From an uncultured Chloroflexia bacterium (GTDB taxonomy: Bacteria; Chloroflexota; Limnocylindria; Limnocylindrales; CSP1-4), in contig CAWHDR010000001.1 in the NCBI GenBank assembly GCA_963828165.1, forward strand, positions 1,088,001 through 1,152,000: a DNA stretch of 64,000 nucleotides. The letters are read 5' to 3'. Position numbers and translations under genes: made by a program. Positions 9,239 through 19,799 of this stretch are shown here, one piece after another. The notes beneath the pieces are model-generated. The model ran no database searches. It saw nothing but the letters and a program-made list of their open reading frames with translations, and was not told the origin of the DNA. Positions within the stretch are counted from its first letter, which is position 1. Every line of letters begins with the position of its first letter.

Positions 9239-12200
9239 TCATGGACCGGCCGTAATCACCCTGACCTCGTCCATTCCATTGCCGACTTGGAATTGGATGG
9301 TCATGGATTCTCCATCCGCGTGGATCGTGATCAATTCATCGTTTGCGTTGCCAGCCGGGAGGAAGAAATCCGCGCCTCGCGCTGGCCAAGCGTGGGGTAG
9401 GCGGTGCCGGACGCGCCGAGGAAGTCCGAGGCGTCCAGGCTCGCGTCTGATGTGACTACGGCGAGGATCCGCTCTCCGAAATCGACGGTACCCCGGTAGT
9501 ACTTGAAGTCGCCGGTCTCGAAGCAGCAGTACTCGCCCGGCCGGTCCGCGTGCAAGATGTACGAGCGGATCGCGTTTGCGGGCGCAAGAGTGCCGCCAGG
9601 GGGCGGCGACCGCGGGTGGATGTCATGTCCGCTCCTAGAGTCGGCGGGACTAGCACGTCGACCGTCAGCGGGGCGACGTTCGGACATCCTGTGCACGTTG
9701 CTCGAATATCAGCGCAACGTCATCGGCGACACTCTCCCCGCTATCAGAGCACGTCTTGTAGGACGCCGCCTGGCCAGCCTTCAACACACACGTCTCGGTG
9801 TCGAACGCGTTCAGCTTGAGAGACGGTGGCGGATCGATGTGCTCGAGGTTGATGGACGCAGACACGTCCACTTCGGCGTCGGCGGTTGCGACGATCCGCA
9901 CCTGGTCGGTGCCTCCACCCACCTGGAGCGCAGCGCCAGGGTCTGGGCATCCAGCCAGGCGACGGCATCCTTGGGGTTGATGTAAGCGTTTCCGGGCTGC
10001 TTCTTTAGATTGACCTCAGTTCCGCGGAAGGCCTGGTCGGGAAGGAGCGTCCCGGACGGCCCTAGGACATCGCTGGCGCGCAGAGTGTCGTCACGCACGA
10101 TGACGCCGAGGATGCTTCTGGGCAAGCTTCACTAGGACATCGCGGACAAGATACTGGCGTCTGCTGGCGTGTATGCCTGATCGCGTGAACGAGGAAGCTT
10201 CGCAGGCCTGCCCTGCAAGATCATCGCGGCGACAACGCTGGGTCGCTGTTAGCGCAGGCGAATAGGTGCCTGGGATTCGATGTCGACTTCAGGTCTCGCA
10301 CAAGATTGTGCTGTCCGGCCTGCTCGCTGAGGAGCGCAGCGTTTCGCGTCGTCCTATCCGGCGTGTGTCGGCCGGTCTGCTCGAGCGAGCACGCTTCATC
10401 GATGCTGTAGATCGCGTTACACGAAATGACGAACAGCGATGGCACTTGATTGCCGGCGCGGTAGACTGCCTGACCTCAACGATGTGTTCCCAGCCGGGAT
10501 CCGGCCAGAGAGGCGCTCAGGGTGACGGGGTCTTGCAGGGCAAGGGGCACCAGTCCCCGCCATCGATCCTGTAGTCGCCGCCGGCCACGCCGGAGAGCGC
10601 GTCAAACACGGCGGCTTCGAGGGCCCAACCTCCGAGGTCGACAGAGCGATGGCAGGCTGATCGCGGTTCAGCGGCGGGGTCATGTCAATGCTTATGTAGT
10701 CGACGCGGTGGCACAGTTGCCGCGGGTCGCAGCTCGCCTGACTCTCGTACTCCCGTTCGCGCCTCTGTCGCGGCGATGTGTCTGCGGGTCTGTCGGCGCG
10801 CCAGAGCTCGGGTCGGCATCCGTAACCTGCCAGTCGATGGTGACGGCGCGCGGTACCAGCCTGCGGGATTTTCCGCGCGGTCTCGAACGGGACCACGACG
10901 GGAGCTGCGTATCGGTAGCGCGGTCGCGGACATACAGCTGATAGATGCGGAGGGCGCTCGACCGGCACTTGATGTGAAGGACGCGTAACGGCGTCGTCAC
11001 TGAGGTCGACGCTTGATGACTGATCAGGCTGCTGCGCTCGGTCGCCGCTCCATCGCTGATCACCTCTCGCAGTCGGTGGGACGCAGGCCAAAGAGGAACG
11101 TATTCGTTCCTCCAGGTGCGGCGACCAGATCGGGTGTTGGCGGGGAAGACGACATACCGCGTCCGGCGTCACTCGCGAGTAATACTATGGCGTTCGACTG
11201 CGTGCGTCGGGCCTGGCATCGATCCGGACGGTGGTATCGGCATCGCGGTCTCGGAGAAAGATGTCGCGCGCGCGTTGGTGTCATTGCTAACAAGAGGCGC
11301 GAACGTTTCGACGACAACGAGGCTCCGTCGTCGTGACACGCCCGTGGCACCGTACGAGGATCGGAGAAGGTGTCGGCCGCTGACGTTGCCGGTTGCGACG
11401 CTCACGCGATCAGTGATACCGCCAGCCACGTCGCGCAGGAAAACGTCGCGTTGCGTTGGTATCTACGTCAACGACATCATCCGCCTCGCTGATGAAGCCA
11501 ACAAAGTTTCCGTTGGCGCTCGCGAAACGCAACCACACGTCCCCGCTAGGGAGCTGCCCGTCGTTGGTCAGACCTACGGCTTCGATCGTGTGCTCGCGAG
11601 GTCCATGCGGAAGACGCCGTAATACGGACTCGCCGCTTGCCCGTCGAAGAGGTCATCGCGACCGGAGTCGAAGATGAGGTACCGCGCATCGTCACTGAGG
11701 ATCGCTGTGCTCGGTTCGACATCGATGAAGCGGGTCGTACCGGCCGTTCGATCTCTGAGGTACAGGTTGTACCGGAACGCCGGGACCGGCTCGTCGACGA
11801 GGTTTGAGGCAACAGACGAGAAGGCAACGAAGCGGCCGTCGGCGGAAATGTCCTGCAGGAACGAAAGACCGTCCGCCGGGCCTCCCGTCTTCGAGACGCT
11901 CACGAGCTCGACGACTCCAGTGGCCACATGCTTGATGAAGACGTCGTCTTGGCCATTCGTATCAGCATCGTCGGCAAGCAGATTGGATGCCGACGAAGTG
12001 AAAGTGATAAGGGACCCGCCATCCGCCAGGCGACCGCCGATGGTGTGCCCGTTGCCGGCCGTGCCATCCTCCGCGCGGCTAGCCATGACCGTAGTGCCAT
12101 CCGCCGCGAGGACTAGCTGACCCGAACCCGTGAGCGGCGAGGCGCTCCACGCGAGGGGAACCGTTACGAGCAGCGTCGCAAGGAGCACGCGTGCCCGTAC

Positions 12201-12266
12201 GAGCCCGTGCCCACGGATGCCCCAATGTCCGGCAATCTCATCGGAGGACGCAGAGTCAGGACGCAT
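9239..12266 (-). pseudogene. Multiply frameshifted secreted TolB/PD40 beta-propeller protein with duplicated C-terminal beta domain
   Basis: Signal peptide, SASNLLADDADTNGQDDVF and ISADGRFVAFSSVASNLV repeats continuing in shifting frames; ends ...MDEVRVITAGP* at 9239. Confidence 0.65.
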
Positions 12267-12528
12267 GCATAGCCCTCGCTATCCGCGGACGGAGTGTCTG
12301 ATCAAGGGCAATCCAGGGACGCGGGACTGCAAGCCTAAATGCAGGGTCCCAACCCGTCGTCATCCAAATGCACCAGACCACAACGGCCTCACGTCGAGGG
12401 GCCACGCGCCGGATGCCCCAAGGTTACGGACAACCGGCTCCGGAGCGTCGCGGCGAACTGGACCGTCGCCGAAAATGGAGAGAGCTGCCGAGGCACCATC
12501 CGCTCATGGTGTGCTGTTGCGTCGGCAC

Positions 12529-13368
12529 CTAGTCCGCGTGCCCGGGAACGTCCTCCACGACGACGACGAAGTCGCCATACCGGTCACGGAGCGTTGAAGC
12601 GATGGCGTCCGTGAGGCCCTGGACGCCGACCTCGACCGTGTTCTTGAGGGTGTCTGGGCCGGTCGAGACAACGTCGATCCCCTCGGCCTCGAGGTCATCC
12701 CACTCGTGAGTGATCCGGTCCGTTAGCGCGGTGAGCTCCGCCCAGGAGCGCTTGGTCCAGACGTACCGCACCTCCACTCCGTCGCGCTCGAGGCAGCGCG
12801 CCAGGCGTAGGGTCTCGGTTCTACCCTCGACGATCGACAGGACGTGCCGCTGGCTCCCGGGCGGGTCCTTCCATATCCCGCCGAAGAGGTCCGGACGGCC
12901 AACCGAAGACCAAAAGGCGATGGGTGCGGCGCTATCGATGTAGAGGCCGTAGGTCCGCAACGCGTCCACCTCCGCGGGCCGCAGTGCGATCCCGATGAGC
13001 TCGATGTCCGATCGCGGATCGGCGATCGCCGCGTCGATGGCCGCGTCGGTCTTCCCGAACTCCGGATACGACAAGTCCACGCCGTTGCGGATATTGGTCG
13101 CCGCGATGCGGTCGAGGCGTTGCAGGTGGTCACATTCCTGGTCGGACGGTCGCGGCGGGGCTTCGAGGGCTTCCCCGACGGATGGCATCGGCGTGTCCGT
13201 CGGGTCGGCCTTCGCGGTGGCTCGAACGATCGCGGGGCTGGCCGACGGGTTCGTTTGGTTGCTAGACCCGGCGCGGGAGACATTGGTCGGGTCCCCGCCA
13301 GCCGGCCGGGAACAGGCTATCGCCGCGAACGCGATAGCCACGACCAGGATCAGCAGAACCGCTCGCAC
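12529..13368 (-). CDS. Hypothetical lipoprotein
   Basis: Lipobox-like AIAC; C-terminus resembles protease pro-domain-like fold (NTVEVGV); start uncertain. Confidence 0.65.
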   Translation of the reverse strand: MRAVLLILVVAIAFAAIACSRPAGGDPTNVSRAGSSNQTNPSASPAIVRATAKADPTDTPMPSVGEALEAPPRPSDQECDHLQRLDRIAATNIRNGVDLSYPEFGKTDAAIDAAIADPRSDIELIGIALRPAEVDALRTYGLYIDSAAPIAFWSSVGRPDLFGGIWKDPPGSQRHVLSIVEGRTETLRLARCLERDGVEVRYVWTKRSWAELTALTDRITHEWDDLEAEGIDVVSTGPDTLKNTVEVGVQGLTDAIASTLRDRYGDFVVVVEDVPGHAD

Positions 13369-13768
13369 AACCACTTCGGACTCCGGGGGGTGGGACGGTA
13401 CGCATCGCATCGTTGTGACTCCGCTCAGGACGAAGCCCAAGCCGCAGGCCCTGCCGGCCGTCGACATCGCTCCCTTGAAGCCAAGCGTCCTGGGCTCCGA
13501 ACGCACGCGACGGCACTAGTTGCAGGAGCGACCGATCGTACGACCGTCACCCCAAGGTCGCATTGTGTCAATTCGCCCGTCGGACACACCGCGGTTTCAA
13601 TGCCACGGTAGACACGATTGACTCATGGTGTGGTGGGCGACGGAGCCGCCAATGGCCCTGCGCGCACCCAGGCGGCCGCGATCGTTTGCGCCCCTCGACC
13701 GTCGCCGAGTTCTTGTGTATGCCTTCGATTTCGCGGGCTCGACGAGACCGCAGAAGGCGAAGCCGCGC

Positions 13769-15245
13769 CTACCGGGAGGGCCAGACGGGCTGCCAGGCGA
13801 ACGCGCCGGGCGGCGCCTCGGTCTCGAGCACGAACGCGCCGTCGGCGATGCGACGTCGGTCGTGGCCGTCGCGGTTCACAACCCACACCCCCTGATCGCT
13901 AGATTGGAGGTCCACGACATAGCCGACCGCCCGGCTGTTCGGTGCCCAGCCTGACGGGAAGAACTCGGGCAGATCTCGGACCAACACATGCCTCTCCCCG
14001 TCGGCGACATCCACGACTGAGAGCGTCGAGCCGCTGAAGAGCCAGGCGGACCGGTCGGGAGCGAGGTCTGTTCGGAAGGCCGAGATCTCGTCGGGCGTGA
14101 CGCCCATGGGTCCGATGTCGCGGTCTGTCCCGGCGTCGACCGGGCGACCGATGAAGCGCTCCGCGGGCGCGTCGGCGATGAGGATCGTTTCGTCGTCGAC
14201 GAAGCCGAACGGGGAGTCATCGAAGTCCGCCGCCCACTCACCGTTGGCGAGGGGCACCGGATGGAGCTGGGCGTCGTCAAGAGAGCCCGCCACGATTCCC
14301 GCGGCGCGGGGCATCGTTCCGTGTCGCGGCCACGATGCGTCCGCCCGAATCGGACCACGTGACAGCACTCAGGTGACAGACGCAGCCGGACGCGATCGGC
14401 CGGGCGGGGCCACCGGTCCGCGAGACGATCCAGATGTTGGTTGCCTCGGGCACGTGCGTATTGAGGCGCTCGGGAACGGCGAGCATCGATCCGTCGGGAG
14501 ACCAACTCGGGCGTCCAGGAAGGAAGGAGTCGTCGTGGGACAGCAGCGGTCCCGCGAGGCCAGCTTCTGACCAGACGTAGAGTTCCCTGACCTCGCCGGG
14601 CTCAGTGCCTACGACGACAAAGGCGAGCGCGCGTCCATCGGGCGACCAGACCAGCGGCCCGCGGAATGGGATCCAGTCGCGGGGACCCTCGGGCGTGGCG
14701 GAGCGCTGCGGGCTCGCGTAGTCCGCGAATCGGGCGAGGGAGCAGATGGCGCCGCTCTCGGGGTCGATGAGGAAGAGCTCCGGAACTTCGCCGCTTCCCC
14801 AGATGGCGATCCAGCCGCTCTCGGCCGTACTCGGAGACGCTGGGGCTGGGCCGGCCGTCCACGTCGTCGTGGTTCGCGCGGCGGCCGCCTGCGCGTCGGT
14901 GCAGGAGAACGTGCTTGACATGACATCGGGCGCGGGCGCCATCGACGGCCCAAATCGGGGCGGGAGGGAAGGCGGGTCCGCCTGTCGCTGGTTCCAGGAG
15001 CCGACGAGCAACCCGCCGGCGAAGACCGCAGCTCCGAGCAGGGCGGCCACAACGGCCACGCGAAGGATCATCCGTGTGTCCCTGAACTTCGGACGACGCC
15101 AGACGACCGTGGGTCGCTGGGTTGGCTGGCTTCCCAACGCGGCCGCACGCCGTACGATCGCCATAGAGTCGACCGGCCGGCGAGGCCCGGCGTAGTCATC
15201 GAGCGCGACCGTGAGTCGCCGCTCGAATCTGCTCAGCTCACTCAT
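13769..15245 (-). CDS. Single-TM protein with TolB-like/PD40 repeats (putative anti-sigma), one frameshift near 14300
   Basis: FERRL N-terminus, TM helix, WSPDG repeats, AWQP end split over two ORFs; overlaps ECF sigma stop. Confidence 0.65.
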
Positions 15246-15786
15246 CGCCGAGCTCCTTCTCAAGTCGATGGAGCAGCCGCGCCAGACGGGCGCGGGTGCC
15301 TGAAGGTGTTAGTCCGGTCGCGTACGCAAGCTCCGTCGCATCGAAGCCAGCGACGTAGCGCATCGCCAGCAGCGCACGGTCCTCTGGCCGGAGGCGGGCA
15401 ACGGCGTTTCGGAGATCGATCGCGAGGATCGCGCTCGTCGCACTGTCCTCGGCGGCCACGTCGTGGAGCTGATCGACGGTGATCTCGACCAGCGCGCGGC
15501 GAGAGCGCGACCGAACGATCTGGCGAGCTTCGTTCACGGCAATCGACACGAGCCAGGCCCGCAGACGAGCAGGGTCGCGGACTGACCCCAGTTTCAACCA
15601 GGCCTTCGACCAGGCCGCGTCGACGGCCTCGTCCGCGATCGCCTGGTTCCCGACGACCACGACGCAGACGCGGCGCATGTCTTCGTGATGCGCACCGACG
15701 ATCGACGCAAACGCTCTCTCGTCGCCGGCCACTGCCGACGCCAGCAGGCGCTCAATCTCACCGGTCGGGCTGGCCACCGCTGTCAT
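15238..15786 (-). CDS. ECF RNA polymerase sigma factor
   Basis: Region 2 AWLVSIAVNEAR; region 4 LRPEDRALLAMRY...GTRARLAR. Confidence 0.88.
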   Translation of the reverse strand: MTAVASPTGEIERLLASAVAGDERAFASIVGAHHEDMRRVCVVVVGNQAIADEAVDAAWSKAWLKLGSVRDPARLRAWLVSIAVNEARQIVRSRSRRALVEITVDQLHDVAAEDSATSAILAIDLRNAVARLRPEDRALLAMRYVAGFDATELAYATGLTPSGTRARLARLLHRLEKELGDE

Positions 15787-16124
15787 ATCTCATGGATGCC
15801 GCCCGGCGGGCAACTGATTCGGTGACGCGAGATGACGTGGACGAAAGGATCCACAGCCTGTCCAGCCTTATCCAGCGGAATCGGGACGTCGTCGGCCGAT
15901 CGTCGGATCACTGGCCCCGCGCCATTGTCCCGCGAGGCGGCCGAGCCGGAGCCCGTCGAGGAGCCGATCCAGAAGCGCGCCATGCGTGGACCCAAGCCCA
16001 TCACGCCGGCGGCCGGCTCGCAGGGCGACGCCGGATAGAACCACCCCCGCCAATCGATCTTCAGGCCCTGGGCGCCAGCCCGGGGCCCTTCTCCGTTCGG
16101 TCGCGTCGTTGGCCACGGTCGGGC

Positions 16125-16430
16125 TCATCGCGCGACGTGAGCCAACGTGGGCGCCCACGGGCCAGCCTCGTCGGATCCCCGATCAGCGACCGGGATAATT
16201 CGCGAAACTCGGCCGCGTGCACACAGTCGGGAGGCGCGGTCAGCGGGAAGGTGCGTCTCCACATGGGCTACCCCGCCCCGGTCGGTCGACGCACCCTTCG
16301 TCGAGTTGCACGAGCGGCACAGCACGGCGGTGTTGCCGATGTCGAACGGCGCCGCGACCCACTCGCCGCGGCCCTCGATCGGGATCTCGTAGGTTGCTAA
16401 CGCGCGCCCAACACCTGTCGGGCGCGCCAT
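16125..16430 (-). pseudogene. Chimeric remnant: attP-side recombinase tail fused to HNH endonuclease C-terminus
   Basis: MARPTG-VGRALATYEIPIEGRGEWVAA then PFDIGNTAVLCRSCNSTKG (HNH-type N..LCxxCNxxKG). Confidence 0.55.
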
Positions 16431-16434
16431 TACA
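16414..16434 (+). repeat. attR core (21-bp direct repeat)
   Basis: Identical to 7776-7796. Confidence 0.9.
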
Positions 16435-16669
16435 GATGTTCTATTTCGACGCTAGTCCCCTCCGCCTGCGTCGATGAGTCGGCCCTCGACGAGGGGGCCT
16501 CTTCGGATCCCACGCATCGACTACGAGCGGTCACGTGCGCGAGCCGAGGGCTTCCCGGCCGACCCTGGTTGCTGTCCAGTCGCGTTCGCGCGACCCTAAG
16601 CGCGCGGACTGGAACGGTCCTAGGAGCCGGGCGCGGATCGCGTGACCGGTATGCCGAAGGAGGTGCCCA

Positions 16670-17605
16670 ATGCCTACGATGAGAGCCGTTCGAGCTCACA
16701 CTCCAGGTGGTGCTGAACAGCTGCGACTGGACCAGGCCCCGAGGCCGGAACCGCGCGTCGGTGAAGCGCTGATTCGCGTTCAAGCGGCAGGGACCACACC
16801 TGCGGAGCTGGGGTGGGACGAAACGTGGGTCGACGGCAATGGTCACGACCGCACACCCACGATCCCGTCACACGAGTTCTCGGGCGTCGTCGAGGGCGTG
16901 GGGCACGGGGTGACGCACGTCACGGTCGGCGAGGAAGTCTATGGGATGGTCCCATTCGACCGCGACGGTGCCGCTGCCGAGTACGTCGCAGTCCGAGCTC
17001 GCGATCTGGCCCCCAAGCCAGCCAGCCTCGACCACGTGCACGCAGCGGCGCTGCCGATGTCCGCCTTGACAGCGTGGCAGGCCTTCACTGAACAGGCGCA
17101 TGTCAAGCCCGGTGACCATGTCCTGGTCCACGGGGGAGCCGGTGGCATCGGCGTGTTCGCCGTACAGATCGCCAAGGTCCTCGGAGCCAGGGTGTCGGCG
17201 ACGGCCTCCGCTGGAGACATCGACTACGTCCGCTCGCTCGGGGCTGACGTCGTCGTCGACTACAAGGCGGCACCATTCGAGCAGGTCGTCCGCGACGTCG
17301 ATGTCGTGCTCGACCACATCGGAGGCAAGATTGCCGAGGCGTCGATCACCGTCCTCAAGGACGGCGGCAGTCTGATCAGCCTGGCCGCTCCACCGGAGGT
17401 CGCCCTTCCAGAAGGGCGCGGTCTCAGCGCGCGATTCTTCATCGTCGAGCCTGATCGAGCCGAGCTCACGGGGCTCGCGCGGCTCGTGGACGACGGCAAG
17501 CTGCGAGTGGAGGTGGCGGAGGTGTTTCCGCTCGAAGCCGCTGCGGAGGCATACGGGTACGGTCACCGTCGGGGCAAGGTCGTCCTGCAGCCTACGCAGG
17601 CGTAG
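16670..17605 (+). CDS. NADP-dependent oxidoreductase (MDR/quinone reductase-like)
   Basis: HEFSGVV, VLVHGGAGGIG, GKVVL; AGGAGG RBS. Confidence 0.9.
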   Translation: MPTMRAVRAHTPGGAEQLRLDQAPRPEPRVGEALIRVQAAGTTPAELGWDETWVDGNGHDRTPTIPSHEFSGVVEGVGHGVTHVTVGEEVYGMVPFDRDGAAAEYVAVRARDLAPKPASLDHVHAAALPMSALTAWQAFTEQAHVKPGDHVLVHGGAGGIGVFAVQIAKVLGARVSATASAGDIDYVRSLGADVVVDYKAAPFEQVVRDVDVVLDHIGGKIAEASITVLKDGGSLISLAAPPEVALPEGRGLSARFFIVEPDRAELTGLARLVDDGKLRVEVAEVFPLEAAAEAYGYGHRRGKVVLQPTQA

Positions 17606-17848
17606 GTCGGTGGCCCATCTGCCTCCGGCCCGCTCGCTGCCTGGCGTGACGTCGACCCGCACAGCGCTTCGGGCAACGTTCCGCTGGCCTCGGCCGGACG
17701 GACACCCCTTCCCCAGCCAGGGTTTTCGGCGGCCTGAAAGTTGCGGGTAAGCAATCACATTGTCGCCCGTGCTACAAGCTCCAAGCACCCGGGATTGACC
17801 ACTAACTGGCGATAATGGGATCGCCTAACCCTTCGTGCCGTGCGTCGG

Positions 17849-18763
17849 TCACGCCATCGAGTGTGCGGGACTTGGCTCGATGGCCGAGAGGCCGGTGCGG
17901 CGCAGGATGACCGCAATCGCGATCAGGACGACCACGACTCCGGCCCACTGGCTGGGCTGAAGGCGATCGCCCAGGAACAGGAAGCCGCCGGCGACGCCGA
18001 AAACGGGGATCAGGTAGAAGGACACGGCGGCGGTCGAGGCCGGGACGGTGCGCAGCGCAGACAGGTAGAGCCAGTACGCCAGCCCGTAGTAGAGGACGCC
18101 CGAGCCGATGGCGCTGGCCCAGCCAGCGAGGCTGACACTGTCGGGTCGGACGGCGCCGCCAAGCACCCAGGCCGAGGCGACCAGGACGAAGGCGAATCCG
18201 AGCGCGTATGCCTGCTGGGCGACCACAACCTGGGCGGTCGAGTCCGAGGACGAGATCCAGCGTCGAGTGACAACCGTGTAGATGGCGCAGCAGGCGACGC
18301 CCGCCACGGTAAGGGCCACCCCGAGCGGGGTCCCAGTGCTGCCCGGCTGGTAGATGACCAGCAGCATGCCGCCGACGGCGACAAGCGACAGCAGGACCAG
18401 CGACGGGCCGATCCGCTCATGGAGGAACCAGGCCGCCAGGAACAGGATCAGCAACGGCTCCAGCGCCCAGAGCATCACCGACAGGCTGGCCGTGATGTGG
18501 ACGAGGCCGAGCAGGCTGAGCGCGTACGCCAGGCCGGGGTTGAGGACGCCGAGGCGGCCGAGAAGCGGCGCGGCGGACGGATGGCGGAGCGGGAGGCGTC
18601 GCCATCGCATCATGGTGGCCAGGACGAGGAGGCTCGATCCGAGCTGGATCGGGAGGAGGGTCAGCGGCGGGATCTCGGCGATGGCGCGTTTGCTGACGAC
18701 GGTCCCGAGACCCCAGCAGGCGGCGGCCAGAATCAGGGCGAGGACGGTTCTCCGGGAGGACAT
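17849..18763 (-). CDS. DMT/EamA family transporter
   Basis: About 10 TM in two EamA repeats; start reassigned to ATG 18763. Confidence 0.85.
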   Translation of the reverse strand: MSSRRTVLALILAAACWGLGTVVSKRAIAEIPPLTLLPIQLGSSLLVLATMMRWRRLPLRHPSAAPLLGRLGVLNPGLAYALSLLGLVHITASLSVMLWALEPLLILFLAAWFLHERIGPSLVLLSLVAVGGMLLVIYQPGSTGTPLGVALTVAGVACCAIYTVVTRRWISSSDSTAQVVVAQQAYALGFAFVLVASAWVLGGAVRPDSVSLAGWASAIGSGVLYYGLAYWLYLSALRTVPASTAAVSFYLIPVFGVAGGFLFLGDRLQPSQWAGVVVVLIAIAVILRRTGLSAIEPSPAHSMA

Positions 18764-19033
18764 GAGCGGACTCCGTGCGTGGGCGGATGGAAGGCCGGCA
18801 AGGTGGTTGCCGATCTGCCGTCGTCGTCGCAACAGGAGTAGCCGGGCACCCGACGACGCCGTCGAGGTCCTACGACTCTTCTGGGAGCCATTCGCCTGAC
18901 ACTCTCCCCGATTCGGACGACATCAGACACTGCTGAGTTCGAAGTTCGGCTGGCAGGCCCGATACCCGTCGCCTGACTCTGGATCAGAAGATCTAGATGC
19001 GACCATCCCGTCGCTCGAGGCAGGACTACACCA

Positions 19034-19069
19034 TCTACTCATAGTGTCGCTCTACTCATAGTGTCGCTC
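19034..19069. repeat. 17-bp tandem duplication
   Basis: TCTACTCATAGTGTCGC x2. Confidence 0.85.
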
Positions 19070-19072
19070 GAC

Positions 19073-19702
19073 CTACCGTGGTGCCAGGATCGCACTGTGG
19101 TGTTCGTGTGCAAGACGGCGCAGCGCTTGGAAGATCGCGCCAAACACGATGGAGCCAATAACCATCCGCTCGACCGCGATGGACGGCGGCTCCGACGTCG
19201 GGATCGCGCTGACCTCCCACGCCGCCATCCGGTCGGCGGCGTCCGCGTAGGGACCAAACACTTCGGCGCCGTAGTCGCCGCCGAGGCGGCGAAGGCTAGC
19301 CAGAGCGTCGGCGAGCTCTTCGCGCGCAGCTGCGTCGGGTCGAACGTGCCAGCCGATTCCCTCGACGAACCGGTCGACTTCGGTCCGGGCCTGTCGCGTC
19401 TCGTCCGTCAACTCGGCCGAGGTGCGGGCTGACTCAAGAGCTCGCTGCGCGACCCCGAAGAGATCATGCCGAGAGAGATCCGGGTCCTCGATCGCCGCGA
19501 TCACACGTCGGATCCGCTCGATCTCGAGCCCGCCGACCTCACGAAGCGTCCGAATGAGGCGTAGGCGGCGTACGTGCGCGTCGCCGTACTCCGCCTGGTT
19601 CGCGGCGGTCGGCCTTCCGGCGGGCAGCAGGCCTTCGCGGAGGTAGTACTTCAACGTCGCCAGCGGCAGCCCGCTGGCTCGGCTGAGGTCAGAGATCCTC
19701 AC
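19073..19702 (-). CDS. MerR family transcriptional regulator
   Basis: RISDLSRASGLPLATLKYYLREGLLP; GTG start with GAGG RBS. Confidence 0.9.
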   Translation of the reverse strand: MRISDLSRASGLPLATLKYYLREGLLPAGRPTAANQAEYGDAHVRRLRLIRTLREVGGLEIERIRRVIAAIEDPDLSRHDLFGVAQRALESARTSAELTDETRQARTEVDRFVEGIGWHVRPDAAAREELADALASLRRLGGDYGAEVFGPYADAADRMAAWEVSAIPTSEPPSIAVERMVIGSIVFGAIFQALRRLAHEHHSAILAPR

Positions 19703-19737
19703 AGCCACCTCGTCATTCGTCCGTATCGGGTCTGACT

Positions 19738-19778
19738 GGATAGTAGCACTATCCGCGATATGGATAGCGCCGCTATCC
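19738..19778. promoter_or_regulatory. Twin palindromic operator GGATAG-N5-CTATCC
   Basis: Copies at 19738-19754 and 19762-19778 between divergent merR and DUF2269 genes. Confidence 0.75.
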
Positions 19779-19799
19779 GATCGTAAAGGAGTCTCCAAG

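Larger units (their letters stand above)
7776..16434. mobile_element. Decayed integrative element at tRNA-Arg(CCG), ~8.66 kb
   Basis: Exact 21-bp direct repeats containing the tRNA 3' end; pseudogenes; HNH fragment; visibly weaker GC3 bias; no intact integrase. Confidence 0.85.

Noticed and set aside
19034-19069. CRISPR array
   Set aside because: Two adjacent copies with no spacers and no cas genes; no CRISPR seen anywhere in the window
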